A stretch of 56,451 nt of DNA, from positions 1 to 56,451 of IMG/VR virus record IMGVR_UViG_3300026518_000669; one strand, 5' to 3'. The position numbers were made by a program, and so were the translations under genes. The stretch comes from a virus (Duplodnaviria > Caudoviricetes). Of the stretch, positions 46,901 through 55,630 are shown in pieces. A model generated the notes under the pieces. It saw nothing but the letters and a program-made list of their open reading frames with translations. It searched no databases and was not told the origin of the DNA. The first letter of the stretch is position 1, and the number at the start of each line of letters is the position of its first letter.

Positions 46901-49900
46901 CTGACGGCACGCCTTTCCAAACCCGTCGCGCTGTTGAACTGTCTAGGCGCTTCCGCGACACGCCTAACGCCCAGCCCGTTGAAGTAGAGGGTGGATGGGG
47001 TTTTGCTGTGGCTGACACGCCTATGCAGAATGCAGAAAGCACTAAGCCAGCAGGCCAGAATGTTAGCGGCCTTACCTCGTTGCCTTATGGGGGCAAGCGT
47101 TGGAACAAGGGCACCAAAACGGCAGAGGAAATGAGCGGCCAGGCGCCTATCGTTGATTACTCCGGTCGCCGCGTTGTGCTGAAAGACGTTAATGGCGTTA
47201 CCGTGCCGTTCTATCAAAGCACTGGCGCCGGCGGCAAGGCAGCCACCAAGCCTGGGCAGTGGTATCCATTCACCGGCATTGGTAGCGATGGCTGGATTAA
47301 CAAGCTGGGCGATGCTGATATATCGCAATACTACGGCAGCCCAGCGCTGCGCCAGGCAGCGCAAGAGCTAGATGCTACGGTTGGTGACATTCGCAGTCGT
47401 GACGATATCCCTAAGACCGGCACGACCGGCACCGGCCAGGCGTTTATTGATGCGGTGAACAGTGCCTTTGATGGACAGCAGGTGTCAGCAAACAATCAGC
47501 CTGACTCAAAAATCAACGTTCAATCCAGCGTTGATGCACTAAAAACAGCCGTTGATTCACAGACCTCCGATCTGGCCCTCGAAACCCAAACAGAAGAAAG
47601 CCTTGCGCAACGCGAGCAGGAAGTTCAGGCCGCTGAACAGACCGAAGCCGACCAGCGCAACCAAGAAGCGCAGCGCGCCCAAGCAGACGCCGAGGTCGAC
47701 GACTTTACTCTATCCGGCAGCAATCGCACCGCTGATGTGGCTGCTGCACGCGGGCAGAGTGACCTGCTTGGCGCGCAGCCAGCGTCTAATGAAAATACTC
47801 CGCCAAGCGAGCAGCAGTATTACCGCGACTGGCCACTATTAGACGAGATGCCTGACGGCTGGAAGAGAGATCCGACCGCCGGATCACCCTTGGCCAGGTA
47901 CGAGTTTGCTACTAACGGCCGTAGCGTGCTGTCTGGCCAGCAAGAGCGTGCGTTAGTGCGAATCAGGCCCGCACCTGCAGCCGGCCAGAACACTGATTCA
48001 CCTACGGCCCAAGTCCAGCAGGATTTAGCCAACGAAGCGCCCAAGCCCAAGCGCCGTAACCAGCCGCTGCAATACACCGGCTACTCAGGCGAACAGCGCA
48101 GCGTGCGCAGCTATCAAGAGGTTGGTAACTTCCGCATTGCCAAGGTGAACGACAGCCTTTACGAAGTGATTAACCCTGATGGTCAAGCCGTTAGCCAGCG
48201 AGCGGGGGCGGACGGTGCCGCACAAGAGGCTCAGCGACTAAACGACCTCCCCGCCGACGACCAGCGCTACGCTATCGGCCAAAGCGACGCCCGCCCGGTA
48301 AGCCGTGACGCCATCGAGGAAGCGCTGGCCAGCTCGCCCGAACTATCCGATGTAACGGTGATCCAGTCCGCAACCGAGCTGCCGCCGCAATCCATCCTGA
48401 TGATGGCCTTGCAAGGCGTGACGCCACGCGACGTGCGCGGCCTGTTCGTGGGCGACCAGCTCTATGTGATTGCGGATAACGTTGATGACGTACAAGAGGG
48501 CGTGCGTACCGCCGTTCATGAAGCCGTAGGTCACAAAGGTATGCGCGCCGTGCTGGGCGACGAGCTAGAAACAGTCATGCGCCAAGTCTATAACTCGCTA
48601 CCATTAGATCCGCGAGGACGCGAGGCGCTGAACGAAGTGCTAGAAAGCTACCCGTTCCTTGATCAGTCCAACCCTGAACATCAGCTTACCATCGCTGAAG
48701 AGATGGTCGCCCACCTCACCGAGAAGGGCTGGCAGCCTAACGTAATACGCCGCGCCGTGGCTAAAATCCGCGAGCTGCTGCGCCGCTACTTCCCCAGCAT
48801 GAACTGGACGGATGCGGACGTTATGCAGCTATCCGAGCGTTCGCGTGAGTACCTGCGCAGCCAGCAGGAAAAGGCGCAAGCGAGTACTGATCCTTGGTCA
48901 GATATGCGCTTTTCAATGGCTACGCCCCCCGGCGGCAACTTTAATCCCAATGACAGCACCAACTTCGCGCTGCCTGATGAAACGCTAAGCCAAACCGCGT
49001 TACGTAAAATGGCTGACAAAATGAACCGCCTCAAAGTCACGCAAGAAGCTATCAAACAAGCCGGTGGCAACATCAATGAAGACAATGATGTGTACCTAGC
49101 GGAGGAGCTTTTCCACGGCAAAACAGAGCGTGACTTGAATGAGCTAAGCCGCAACTACGTCGAGAAGCTAGCCAAAGGCATGGCTGCGCGCGGCATTCAG
49201 CAAGAAGAGTTGGACGCCTACCTTTATGCTCGTCATGCTCCAGAGCGAAATGCCCGAATAGCTGAACGCAATCCTAATGATCCCAAGTACGCAGATGGCG
49301 GCTCAGGCATGACGAATGCCGAAGCGGCCGCCATCATGCAAGAGGCCGAAAGCAGCGGCAAGAAGCTCCGGCTTGAGCGCTTGGCCGCTATCGTGGATGA
49401 CATGCTGGCACATCGCCGCGAGATCATCCGCGAAGGCGGACTGGAGACGGATGAGGTGCTAGATGCTTGGGATGCCAGCTATGACTACTACGTACCGTTG
49501 AAAGGTTGGGCAAATGATGAAGATGTTCCTGTGGGCCAGGACGGCAGTGGCCGGATGCGTTCTGGTCGCGGCTATGAGATCGGTGGGCGAGAAACTAAAA
49601 CGGCGCTTGGTCGCCTATCAAAAGCGGCTTCACCTTCTACGCAAGCGATTGTCGATACCACTGAGTCTGTTATTCGCAAGCGCAAAAACGAAGTTGGCAA
49701 TGCCTTGCTATCACTGATCACGGATAACCCCAACCCCGATTTGTGGCAGGTGTTCACCAACAACGACCCGGATACTCAGCGTACTCAGGTCGAGCGCACT
49801 AACCCAGACGGCACCAAACGCATTGAAGTAGAAGAGCGCCCGGTAGCCATGGAAATGAACGAGCGTTACTTCAAAACCAAGAAGGCGGGCCGGACATACT

Positions 49901-51708
49901 ACATTAAGATCAACGACCAGCGCCTGCTGAACGCAATGCGCAATGTAGGGCCAGAGCAGAACAACCTGCTGGTACGTACTGCCGCAGCTGGCACACGCGC
50001 TCTATCCGCTATGATGACCAGCTATAACCCTGAGTTCATGCTGTCCAACTTTACCCGAGACGTGCAGACGGCGCTTCTGAACGTGGCGGCAGAGCAGACC
50101 AGGGACGACGGCAAGATAAAAGGCCAGAAGATTGCCAGGCAGACGGCGAGAGATATTCCCCGCGCCATGAAGGCAGCCTATCGAGGGCTTGCTGACCCTG
50201 ACGCATCACGAAACACTGAGTGGGATCGTTGGTTCGATGAGTTTATCGAGGATGGGGCCAAGACAGGCTACTTCGATATGAAGGATTTGGCTGGTCAAGC
50301 CAAAGAGATCAAAAGCATTATTGGCCGTGAGAACGGCGGCACTATGGGCAATATGCTGAAGGCGAAGAAGACCGTAGCCGACTTCGTTGAGAACATGAAT
50401 GGCTCCGTTGAAAACGCGGTGCGCCTATCCGCCTACGTCAATGCACGCAGGGCAGGCATTAGCCGCAAGAAGGCCGCCAGCTTGGCCAAAAACCTAACGG
50501 TCAACTTTAACCGCAGAGGGGAGGCCGGCACTGCGCTTAATGCTGCGTACATGTTCGCCAACGCCTCCATCCAGGGCACCATGAACGTCGCCCGCACAAT
50601 GGTCACTGTGAAAGATACGCCGGTGGGCGGTAATAGGATGAACATCTGGGGCCGCATGAACGCCGCTCAAAAGCTAGCGGTAGGTATGGCCGTAGGCAGT
50701 TACGCAATGGCCATGTTCAACCGTATGATGTCAGACGAGGATGATGACGGCGAGCTGTTCTATGACAAAATTCCCGGTCACGTTAAAGAGCGCAACCTGA
50801 TCATCATGACAGGCGGCAAGGACTATGTCCGCATTCCTTTGCCTTATGGATACAGCGTCTTCTCAAACATTGGCACGCACGCTGAATCCGTCATGTCGGG
50901 TAAATCATCACTGACGGAGGCAGGAAAGGACATGACGCTGGCCATTCTTGGCAGCTTCTCACCTATTGGCTTCCAGGATTCAGAGGATATATCCAATTTG
51001 GTGATGAAAAACCTCACACCTACGCTGTTAGGTTCGGTGACCCAGGTGGCAGTCAATGAGGACTTTGCAGGCCGCGTGATCTTTAAAGAGAACTTCCCCT
51101 CCGGCACGCCCAAGCCGTATAGCTCACTTGCCTTCCGCTCTACGCCATCGGCTTACCAAAGCTTTGCCCAGTTTATTAACGAGCTGACAGGCGGCAGCGA
51201 GTACCGGTCAGGCGGTATTGATGTTAGCCCTGACGTACTACAGCACGTGGTCAACTATTACGGTGGCGGTGCTTGGTCGTTTACTGAGAAAGTGGCCGAC
51301 AGCATTAAGCGTACAGCGACTGGCGAGACCATCGACGCCCACCGTATTCCGTTTGTGGGCCGCTTCAAGTCTGAGGTCAATGAGTACGGCGATATTCAAA
51401 CGTTCTACGAGCGCCGTACCGAGGTTGGGCAACTGCATGAGGAGTTTATCAATCTGCCTAGAGAGGAAGCGCGCAGTTTCTATGACGAACATGGCGGCAA
51501 GATAGCGCTGTTTGATATGGCGAAAGATCTTGAAAAAACGCTGACAGAACTACGCAAGGTGCGTGACGCCATCGAGGCCGATGAGCGCCTTACTCCTGAA
51601 GAACGCGACGAACAGCTCGACGAGATTGAAGACGCGATGGATAGCGAGGTGGATTTCTTTAACCTGCTTTACAACCAGGCCGAAGGGACGGTTCAGTCGG
51701 CAAAGTAA
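43972..51708 (+). CDS. Giant internal virion / polyvalent protein (ParB-like, zincin-like, C-terminal LPD38-like)
   Basis: 2578 aa; DGHHR ParB-like motif; HEAVGH..G/EEMVA metallopeptidase-like motif; YARHAPERN, NPEF..SNF.RD, TVNFNRRG and IPLPYG motifs. Confidence 0.85.
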   Translation: MNAAEDRTPPKWTDIANDPDFQAADWQTKQRVRGEFYRRAIEPNTPASLREDVQSQFFARTASDVFGERETPNLASNALRNAGERGLDLAGNALQFVGNVADRGEQAITDALGGINPGVIGGSVDEMRERGYEPDVALGGFGLDFTMRAKPEDTSTGLIDTGQAVEDISLGYQPNYTIDRALDEPSIRTIAGAAAEQGPAALADMAGLVVSLPAYLAARTQEIGEGRVENDNREGMPEGRDYAVSGPTAAASVLLDRFALGRLLPGSGNAVTSARQIPGAVGRAAATESVTEAIQEGGIEYAGESVGTETGWNATTAARRAAGGVIVGGPTGGAVRAGTAAMELRGNNQQGSEQPEPSESPAEQSSPAPEEAPTPEAETANDEAIGTAAELIAKPRFELSSAEREVRDSISYGDAFKALRAAAEARGDSDAVAELDAVSSEISAALEAETIARSRNDSDAFTPIREQLKSASERFTRVMDRLNTPEAESKASAPSANKDGNAQWEEAWREQAAQDGIADYDPNANLPDTTITINGEQVADESLVPPETLDVARQDEQAEEVTKEVGQPAVAQPEPALAPDQPSPNPDTKTPRRVPVESIQVDPEAYQFRAEVNDQGVDTRLEGIEKWDDLRAGNLILHERTDGSVYAADGHHRINLARQLQQPDVNAIVLREADGVTVEDARRAAAEANIAAGSATALDSAKVFRNSNGDIDTVIRESNLPRTQLVRDGADIAKLDTEPFGAVLNKVITEKDGAVIGRSFADPDQQLAAVGVFQRVKPTNDNQRELLANEVRQAGFAESQGEQGGLFGNDPAESLIGERVKVMDSLRQTLVRDKRLFATLNDNAQTAEQAGNRIAKDRNNALQETSADAIALLERATTTPEINQQINDAARRVKDGETLASVTRELKEALLNGTNSPAASEGRTPAPSSGQADQAGQDAGRSEPVPASNDARTARSGEQRPRPGAGAQAEPAVTLKTDGTPFQTRRAVELSRRFRDTPNAQPVEVEGGWGFAVADTPMQNAESTKPAGQNVSGLTSLPYGGKRWNKGTKTAEEMSGQAPIVDYSGRRVVLKDVNGVTVPFYQSTGAGGKAATKPGQWYPFTGIGSDGWINKLGDADISQYYGSPALRQAAQELDATVGDIRSRDDIPKTGTTGTGQAFIDAVNSAFDGQQVSANNQPDSKINVQSSVDALKTAVDSQTSDLALETQTEESLAQREQEVQAAEQTEADQRNQEAQRAQADAEVDDFTLSGSNRTADVAAARGQSDLLGAQPASNENTPPSEQQYYRDWPLLDEMPDGWKRDPTAGSPLARYEFATNGRSVLSGQQERALVRIRPAPAAGQNTDSPTAQVQQDLANEAPKPKRRNQPLQYTGYSGEQRSVRSYQEVGNFRIAKVNDSLYEVINPDGQAVSQRAGADGAAQEAQRLNDLPADDQRYAIGQSDARPVSRDAIEEALASSPELSDVTVIQSATELPPQSILMMALQGVTPRDVRGLFVGDQLYVIADNVDDVQEGVRTAVHEAVGHKGMRAVLGDELETVMRQVYNSLPLDPRGREALNEVLESYPFLDQSNPEHQLTIAEEMVAHLTEKGWQPNVIRRAVAKIRELLRRYFPSMNWTDADVMQLSERSREYLRSQQEKAQASTDPWSDMRFSMATPPGGNFNPNDSTNFALPDETLSQTALRKMADKMNRLKVTQEAIKQAGGNINEDNDVYLAEELFHGKTERDLNELSRNYVEKLAKGMAARGIQQEELDAYLYARHAPERNARIAERNPNDPKYADGGSGMTNAEAAAIMQEAESSGKKLRLERLAAIVDDMLAHRREIIREGGLETDEVLDAWDASYDYYVPLKGWANDEDVPVGQDGSGRMRSGRGYEIGGRETKTALGRLSKAASPSTQAIVDTTESVIRKRKNEVGNALLSLITDNPNPDLWQVFTNNDPDTQRTQVERTNPDGTKRIEVEERPVAMEMNERYFKTKKAGRTYYIKINDQRLLNAMRNVGPEQNNLLVRTAAAGTRALSAMMTSYNPEFMLSNFTRDVQTALLNVAAEQTRDDGKIKGQKIARQTARDIPRAMKAAYRGLADPDASRNTEWDRWFDEFIEDGAKTGYFDMKDLAGQAKEIKSIIGRENGGTMGNMLKAKKTVADFVENMNGSVENAVRLSAYVNARRAGISRKKAASLAKNLTVNFNRRGEAGTALNAAYMFANASIQGTMNVARTMVTVKDTPVGGNRMNIWGRMNAAQKLAVGMAVGSYAMAMFNRMMSDEDDDGELFYDKIPGHVKERNLIIMTGGKDYVRIPLPYGYSVFSNIGTHAESVMSGKSSLTEAGKDMTLAILGSFSPIGFQDSEDISNLVMKNLTPTLLGSVTQVAVNEDFAGRVIFKENFPSGTPKPYSSLAFRSTPSAYQSFAQFINELTGGSEYRSGGIDVSPDVLQHVVNYYGGGAWSFTEKVADSIKRTATGETIDAHRIPFVGRFKSEVNEYGDIQTFYERRTEVGQLHEEFINLPREEARSFYDEHGGKIALFDMAKDLEKTLTELRKVRDAIEADERLTPEERDEQLDEIEDAMDSEVDFFNLLYNQAEGTVQSAK

Positions 51709-51941
51709 TGCTTTTTTTCAAGATAACGCAACCGCTCTAACCGGCGGTTGTTTTCTTTGTATTCTTCATTTTCCAATATCATCCAAGCTACCGGTGCCAC
51801 AAAAAATATGCAAACAACAGCTACTACAGGTGCTTTAATCCACCATGGAGCGAATTGAAGGTTATCATTTTGCCACGCTATCAAGAAAAAGGCGGCAGTA
51901 TATAATTGCGCTACTACTATGAATTTTATTGCGTTAAGCAT
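51693..51941 (-). CDS. Small two-TM membrane moron protein
   Basis: AT-rich; AGGAG RBS; two TM segments and a charged C-terminus; convergent with the giant gene. Confidence 0.7.
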   Translation of the reverse strand: MLNAIKFIVVAQLYTAAFFLIAWQNDNLQFAPWWIKAPVVAVVCIFFVAPVAWMILENEEYKENNRRLERLRYLEKKHYFAD

Positions 51942-51965
51942 AAGCCGCTCCTGATGGCGTTGCTG

Positions 51966-52439
51966 TTATTCATCCAAGGGGCTTGAAGCATCCCTATCAA
52001 ATGCGTCAAAAACATTTCTGTCCAGGTCGGACTCTGTACGATCCATAAACACGGTTCGCACCTCTTGTTCAAGCTCCTCTCTTTGCTCTTTGGTCATGCT
52101 TGGAATTATCACCCAATCAAGGAATTTTCTGCGCATAAGGTCTCGCGCATCCCTATCGGCCAATAAAAAATCTTCTGAGCTAGCCACTTGCCTCCAAGTT
52201 ACCGCCACGCTGTCGTCAACATCGTCTGACTTGGCAACCGCAGGCTCTGACTGACCTCTAAGGTTGGTTTCATGCTTGCGCGCGCAAGCCCGAAGAAGCT
52301 CGTCGGCTGCAAAATCGGATCTCGCTATCGACACAAACTCTAATACGCAGTCATTAAAACCATCAGGGTCATAAGCGCTTACGGCTTGAGGTGAAAGAAT
52401 CGCGACTGTAGCAACTGCTATCAAAATTCCTTTTATCAT
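51966..52439 (-). CDS. Secreted moron protein carrying a segment similar to the ejection-protein N-terminus
   Basis: ATG 52439 with GGGAG RBS; signal peptide ending ..AVSA/Y; DC...AC..K Cys pair; C-terminal W..VA...DF..AD...R..F...I.P segment. Confidence 0.8.
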   Translation of the reverse strand: MIKGILIAVATVAILSPQAVSAYDPDGFNDCVLEFVSIARSDFAADELLRACARKHETNLRGQSEPAVAKSDDVDDSVAVTWRQVASSEDFLLADRDARDLMRRKFLDWVIIPSMTKEQREELEQEVRTVFMDRTESDLDRNVFDAFDRDASSPLDE

Positions 52440-52516
52440 TGAAGCGCTCCCATGTTTAGCGGTGAGGGCCTGATCTTGCCATGTTAGCTTGCTTGGCGAT
52501 AAGCAGCGAGGGCCTG

Positions 52517-52924
52517 CTATTGCATGCACGCTCTAACAACTGCTTCTTGGGCTTCAGAAATATCCAGGCTATCAACCGCGCACTCCTGAAGTTCTTTCAG
52601 TATTGCGGCGTCAAGCGTGCAGATATCGGAAATAACACCGGAGAACTTCTTCTGAAGCGCTTCGCTTGCCTTGAGTTCATAGTAAACGTCTAGGCACACC
52701 CAAGTTGTTTTCTGTAGATAGCAGGTATGCAGCGGAAGATGGAAGTTTGGGAATCGGTCTTCAGGCTGGCAACCATAAACATTGCCACGCCCATGCTGCT
52801 TGGAGGTGGTTTTAGCCACGACGGCGACACCGTCTTTGAAGCCCAAGACAACAAATAATTTCTCGCCCGATACGCCATCATGGAAATGAAAATCTCTATC
52901 GAAAAACACTGACCCTGGCGTCAC
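52517..52924 (-). CDS. Putative toxin (PemK/MazF-like fold)
   Basis: GSVF.....K.FVVL.....TTSK pattern; overlaps the Panacea gene end. Confidence 0.6.
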   Translation of the reverse strand: MTPGSVFFDRDFHFHDGVSGEKLFVVLGFKDGVAVVAKTTSKQHGRGNVYGCQPEDRFPNFHLPLHTCYLQKTTWVCLDVYYELKASEALQKKFSGVISDICTLDAAILKELQECAVDSLDISEAQEAVVRACMQ

Positions 52925-53477
52925 CGCGTAAGCTCTCCATTAGCTGCTGATGCTCGTTGGCAACGGCCATGACCTCATCGCGCTCTTGCGCTCGCACTGC
53001 AAGATCGTAAGGAATTTTTTCTTGCTGCCCGCCCCATTGATTGAATACCTTGTCCCATGGCTGGTTTTCCAGGTGGGTCGCTTCAATCATGTCTTCGGCC
53101 TTATGATGCTCAAATTCTTTAGCAAGGCGCTCCATAAGCTTGCGCTCTCGCTTGCTGAAATGGGAACCATCAAATTGAGCCTTAGGCTTGAAGGTAAGCA
53201 TAGGGCGGCCATACCCAGTGGGTATTTCGGTAAAATCAATCGCCTTTGCCATGTCCGGTTCAGGGCAGTTGATCTCATCAAAAAGGCTCTGCGGAACCGG
53301 TCCCATCTTCCAGGCGTAGTAATCCTGACCGGTCACATTGCGGCCAGTATCCTTAAAATGCTCAAAATCGAGGAAGTAGAGCAGCTTGAAAAGCTTAATC
53401 TTCCCGCATTTCTGTGTGTTCTGTGCGAAGTAGATGATCGTATTAATCAACTTCTCGCGTTCGTGTGTCATTAACAT
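52896..53477 (-). CDS. Panacea (DUF4065/SocA) antitoxin
   Basis: KLFKLLYF.D, AWKMGPVP and THLENQPW motifs. Confidence 0.88.
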   Translation of the reverse strand: MLMTHEREKLINTIIYFAQNTQKCGKIKLFKLLYFLDFEHFKDTGRNVTGQDYYAWKMGPVPQSLFDEINCPEPDMAKAIDFTEIPTGYGRPMLTFKPKAQFDGSHFSKRERKLMERLAKEFEHHKAEDMIEATHLENQPWDKVFNQWGGQQEKIPYDLAVRAQERDEVMAVANEHQQLMESLRGDARVSVFR

Positions 53478-53608
53478 GGTGGCGACCTCGCGTACTGGCA
53501 TTGCCAGCGCGCTCGATATAGCTCCTGCTGAATTTTTTTTGCGTACGCTACATACGTTACAACATAGCGCATATTGCTACATCTTAGATAGCGAATAGGG
53601 GAGAAGGT

Positions 53609-53884
53609 TTAGGCTTTCTTGCTCTTTTCCCTTTCCTCCATCTGCTTCAAAAGCCTCTCCTCAACCATCTCGGCGATCATCGAGGCCAGCAGCTCCCGGC
53701 GTACTTCTTCGGTCAGATCAGGACTTTCAACAGAAGATGTGTAGGTGTTTTCTTCGTCGAAGCTTTCTTGCAAGCGAGCCACTATCTCCGCATTCATGGA
53801 GCGGTGATTTTCTTCTGAGGCTTGCTTGATTTTTTCTTTCAAATCAGCGGGCAAGCGCAATTTGTACTGAGGGTCTGTTTGCAT
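53609..53884 (-). CDS. Arc/Mnt-family RHH repressor (mnt position)
   Basis: DPQYKLRLPADLKEKI...RSMNAEIVARL. Confidence 0.9.
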   Translation of the reverse strand: MQTDPQYKLRLPADLKEKIKQASEENHRSMNAEIVARLQESFDEENTYTSSVESPDLTEEVRRELLASMIAEMVEERLLKQMEEREKSKKA

Positions 53885-53910
53885 AGTGTAAATAATGAAC
53901 CAGATAGGTG

Positions 53911-53962
53911 TTGACGGCAATAAACCTAACAGGTACCTTTTAACGGTACCTACAAGGTACCT
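53911..53962. promoter_or_regulatory. Divergent promoter with three GGTACC operator boxes
   Basis: TTGACG at 53911; GGTACC at 53932, 53945 and 53956. Confidence 0.6.
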
Positions 53963-53983
53963 TAGCAAAAAGGAGAATCACTA

Positions 53984-54142
53984 ATGAAACGAAACGGGCA
54001 GCAGTTCAAAGCACGATTCAACGCGGACGTAAAAGCTTGGATTGAAGAGAAGGCGAGAAAGGAGGATAGAAGTCAGACCTGGATTATCAATCATTACTTA
54101 GAGAAGGCAATGCGCCATGAATCCAAACACTCAGCAGCCTAA
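53984..54142 (+). CDS. Arc-like RHH protein (52 aa, absent from the ORF track)
   Basis: AAGGAG RBS; translates as MKRNGQQFKARFNADVKAWIEEKARKEDRSQTWIINHYLEKAMRHESKHSAA. Confidence 0.8.
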   Translation: MKRNGQQFKARFNADVKAWIEEKARKEDRSQTWIINHYLEKAMRHESKHSAA

Positions 54143-54215
54143 AAACGAAGAAGCCCCAGCGTTGAGGGACGCCAGGGCTTCGGATTACCACCAACCATCT
54201 ACGAAAGGTGACAAC

Positions 54216-55175
54216 ATGAACGCAACCAGAAAAGGTAACGCTCAAATGAATGATAGCATCACCGACCAAAGCTCGCATCTACCCGTCATCGCAGGCCATG
54301 AGATCACAACCGACGAGCATGGGCGCTTCAACCTTAATGCCATCCACCGGGCCAGCGGAGAAGGGGAGCACAAGCGCCCATCAAAATGGGCCGTAACAGC
54401 CCAGGCAAAAGAGCTTATTGAAGAGCTTGAAGCCCAAGGCCCGATTTCGGGCTTTGCTCCACTCGGCTCAAAACATGGCGGTTCAGGGCGCGGCACCTAC
54501 GCTCATGAGCTTCTAGCCATCAGCTACGCCGGATGGATCAGCCCCAAGTTTCAGCTTCAAGTGAATCAGGTGTTCCTCGACTACCGCATGGGTAAGCTGC
54601 AGCAAGTCGAAACAAAGCCCGCTTGTGAGGCCCTGCCAAACCCTCTTACCCCAGCGCATCAGCGCGGCATCCAAAAAGCCGTTGGTCGCCGCTGCTTCAA
54701 TATGCCAGAAGCGGCACGCCCTAAAGCCTACAAACGCATCTATTCATACCTGAAAGACCGCTTCGGCGTGGCCAAGTACGATCAGATACCGGACGAACTC
54801 TACACCGAGGCGCTTGGTGCGGTGGAATCTTACACGTTCAATGGCGATTTTCTGGAAGCTGAAACGCTGCCGCAAGCCAAGCCGGTTAAGGTGCTGGATA
54901 TCGACGAATGGCTGAACATGAATTACTACATGAAGTCTCGCCAGCAAAATTCAGGGCGACTCTTGGTGACCGCTAAATTCTTGCTGGATTCGGAATACCG
55001 CTCACCCTGTATGCGTTTGGTGAAAGAGCTAGAAGCAGAAGGGCATAACTTGGACGCTTGCCGCCTAGAGATCGCCAGCTTGCGACACCACTTAGAAAGC
55101 GCAGTGGCAAAACTCGAGCATGTCATATCAATGGCGCAAGGCGTCAACATTCAGGCGGTTAGCTTTGCACGCTGA
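54216..55175 (+). CDS. Antirepressor (KilA-N + ORF6C-like)
   Basis: GRFNLNAIHRA and GTYAHELLAISYAGWISPKF (KilA-N); LKDRFGVAKYDQIP (ORF6C-like). Start may be 54117, 54216 or 54246. Confidence 0.88.
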   Translation: MNATRKGNAQMNDSITDQSSHLPVIAGHEITTDEHGRFNLNAIHRASGEGEHKRPSKWAVTAQAKELIEELEAQGPISGFAPLGSKHGGSGRGTYAHELLAISYAGWISPKFQLQVNQVFLDYRMGKLQQVETKPACEALPNPLTPAHQRGIQKAVGRRCFNMPEAARPKAYKRIYSYLKDRFGVAKYDQIPDELYTEALGAVESYTFNGDFLEAETLPQAKPVKVLDIDEWLNMNYYMKSRQQNSGRLLVTAKFLLDSEYRSPCMRLVKELEAEGHNLDACRLEIASLRHHLESAVAKLEHVISMAQGVNIQAVSFAR

Positions 55176-55202
55176 ACGCCAGCTATATTAAGAAGCTCAC
55201 TC

Positions 55203-55225
55203 AAGCCGCCTACGGGCGGCTTTTT
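55203..55225 (+). terminator. Intrinsic terminator
   Basis: AAGCCGCC-TACG-GGCGGCTTTTT. Confidence 0.7.
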
Positions 55226-55386
55226 GGTGCTTGGTCACTGGATGGCTTCGGGTAGCGATGCCCCGTTAGCTCCTCGATCCTATCCGCCGCTTCACGGCAT
55301 GCACGATTAGCGGGCAGCTTGCGCAGTTTGGTGACCAGTTCTTCATCGGTGAGCTTTCGATCAAAGTATTCGGCAGGGGTTTCCAT
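55210..55386 (-). CDS. Small hypothetical protein
   Basis: ATG 55386 with AGGAG RBS; EAADRIEEL motif. Confidence 0.55.
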   Translation of the reverse strand: METPAEYFDRKLTDEELVTKLRKLPANRACREAADRIEELTGHRYPKPSSDQAPKSRP

Positions 55387-55630
55387 GGGTGGCTCCTGTT
55401 CGTTTTGAACCAGGATAGCAGGGCAGGGGTGTAGCGGGGAGGTATGGCAGGCAAAGCATTCAAGCATGCAGCCATGCCTGAAAACTCTGTGAGGAGTTTG
55501 TGAGCGCGTCACCTTTGCTGACGTGAGTAACAGCACGTTATGCGCCGTTGATGTAGCAAATTCACGTTGCACCCAGCAGATAACTATATAAATATCAGTT
55601 GCTTATATTCAGGCGGGGTATGGTTTCGGT

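Noticed and set aside
38383-51708. Second DGR target (additional VR)
   Set aside because: I found no other copy of the TR-like sequence by eye; a BLASTN of TR against the genome would settle it.
43972-51708. Giant ORF as tape measure or virion RNA polymerase
   Set aside because: No tape-measure repeats or tail tube/chaperone context, and no recognisable RNAP catalytic motifs.
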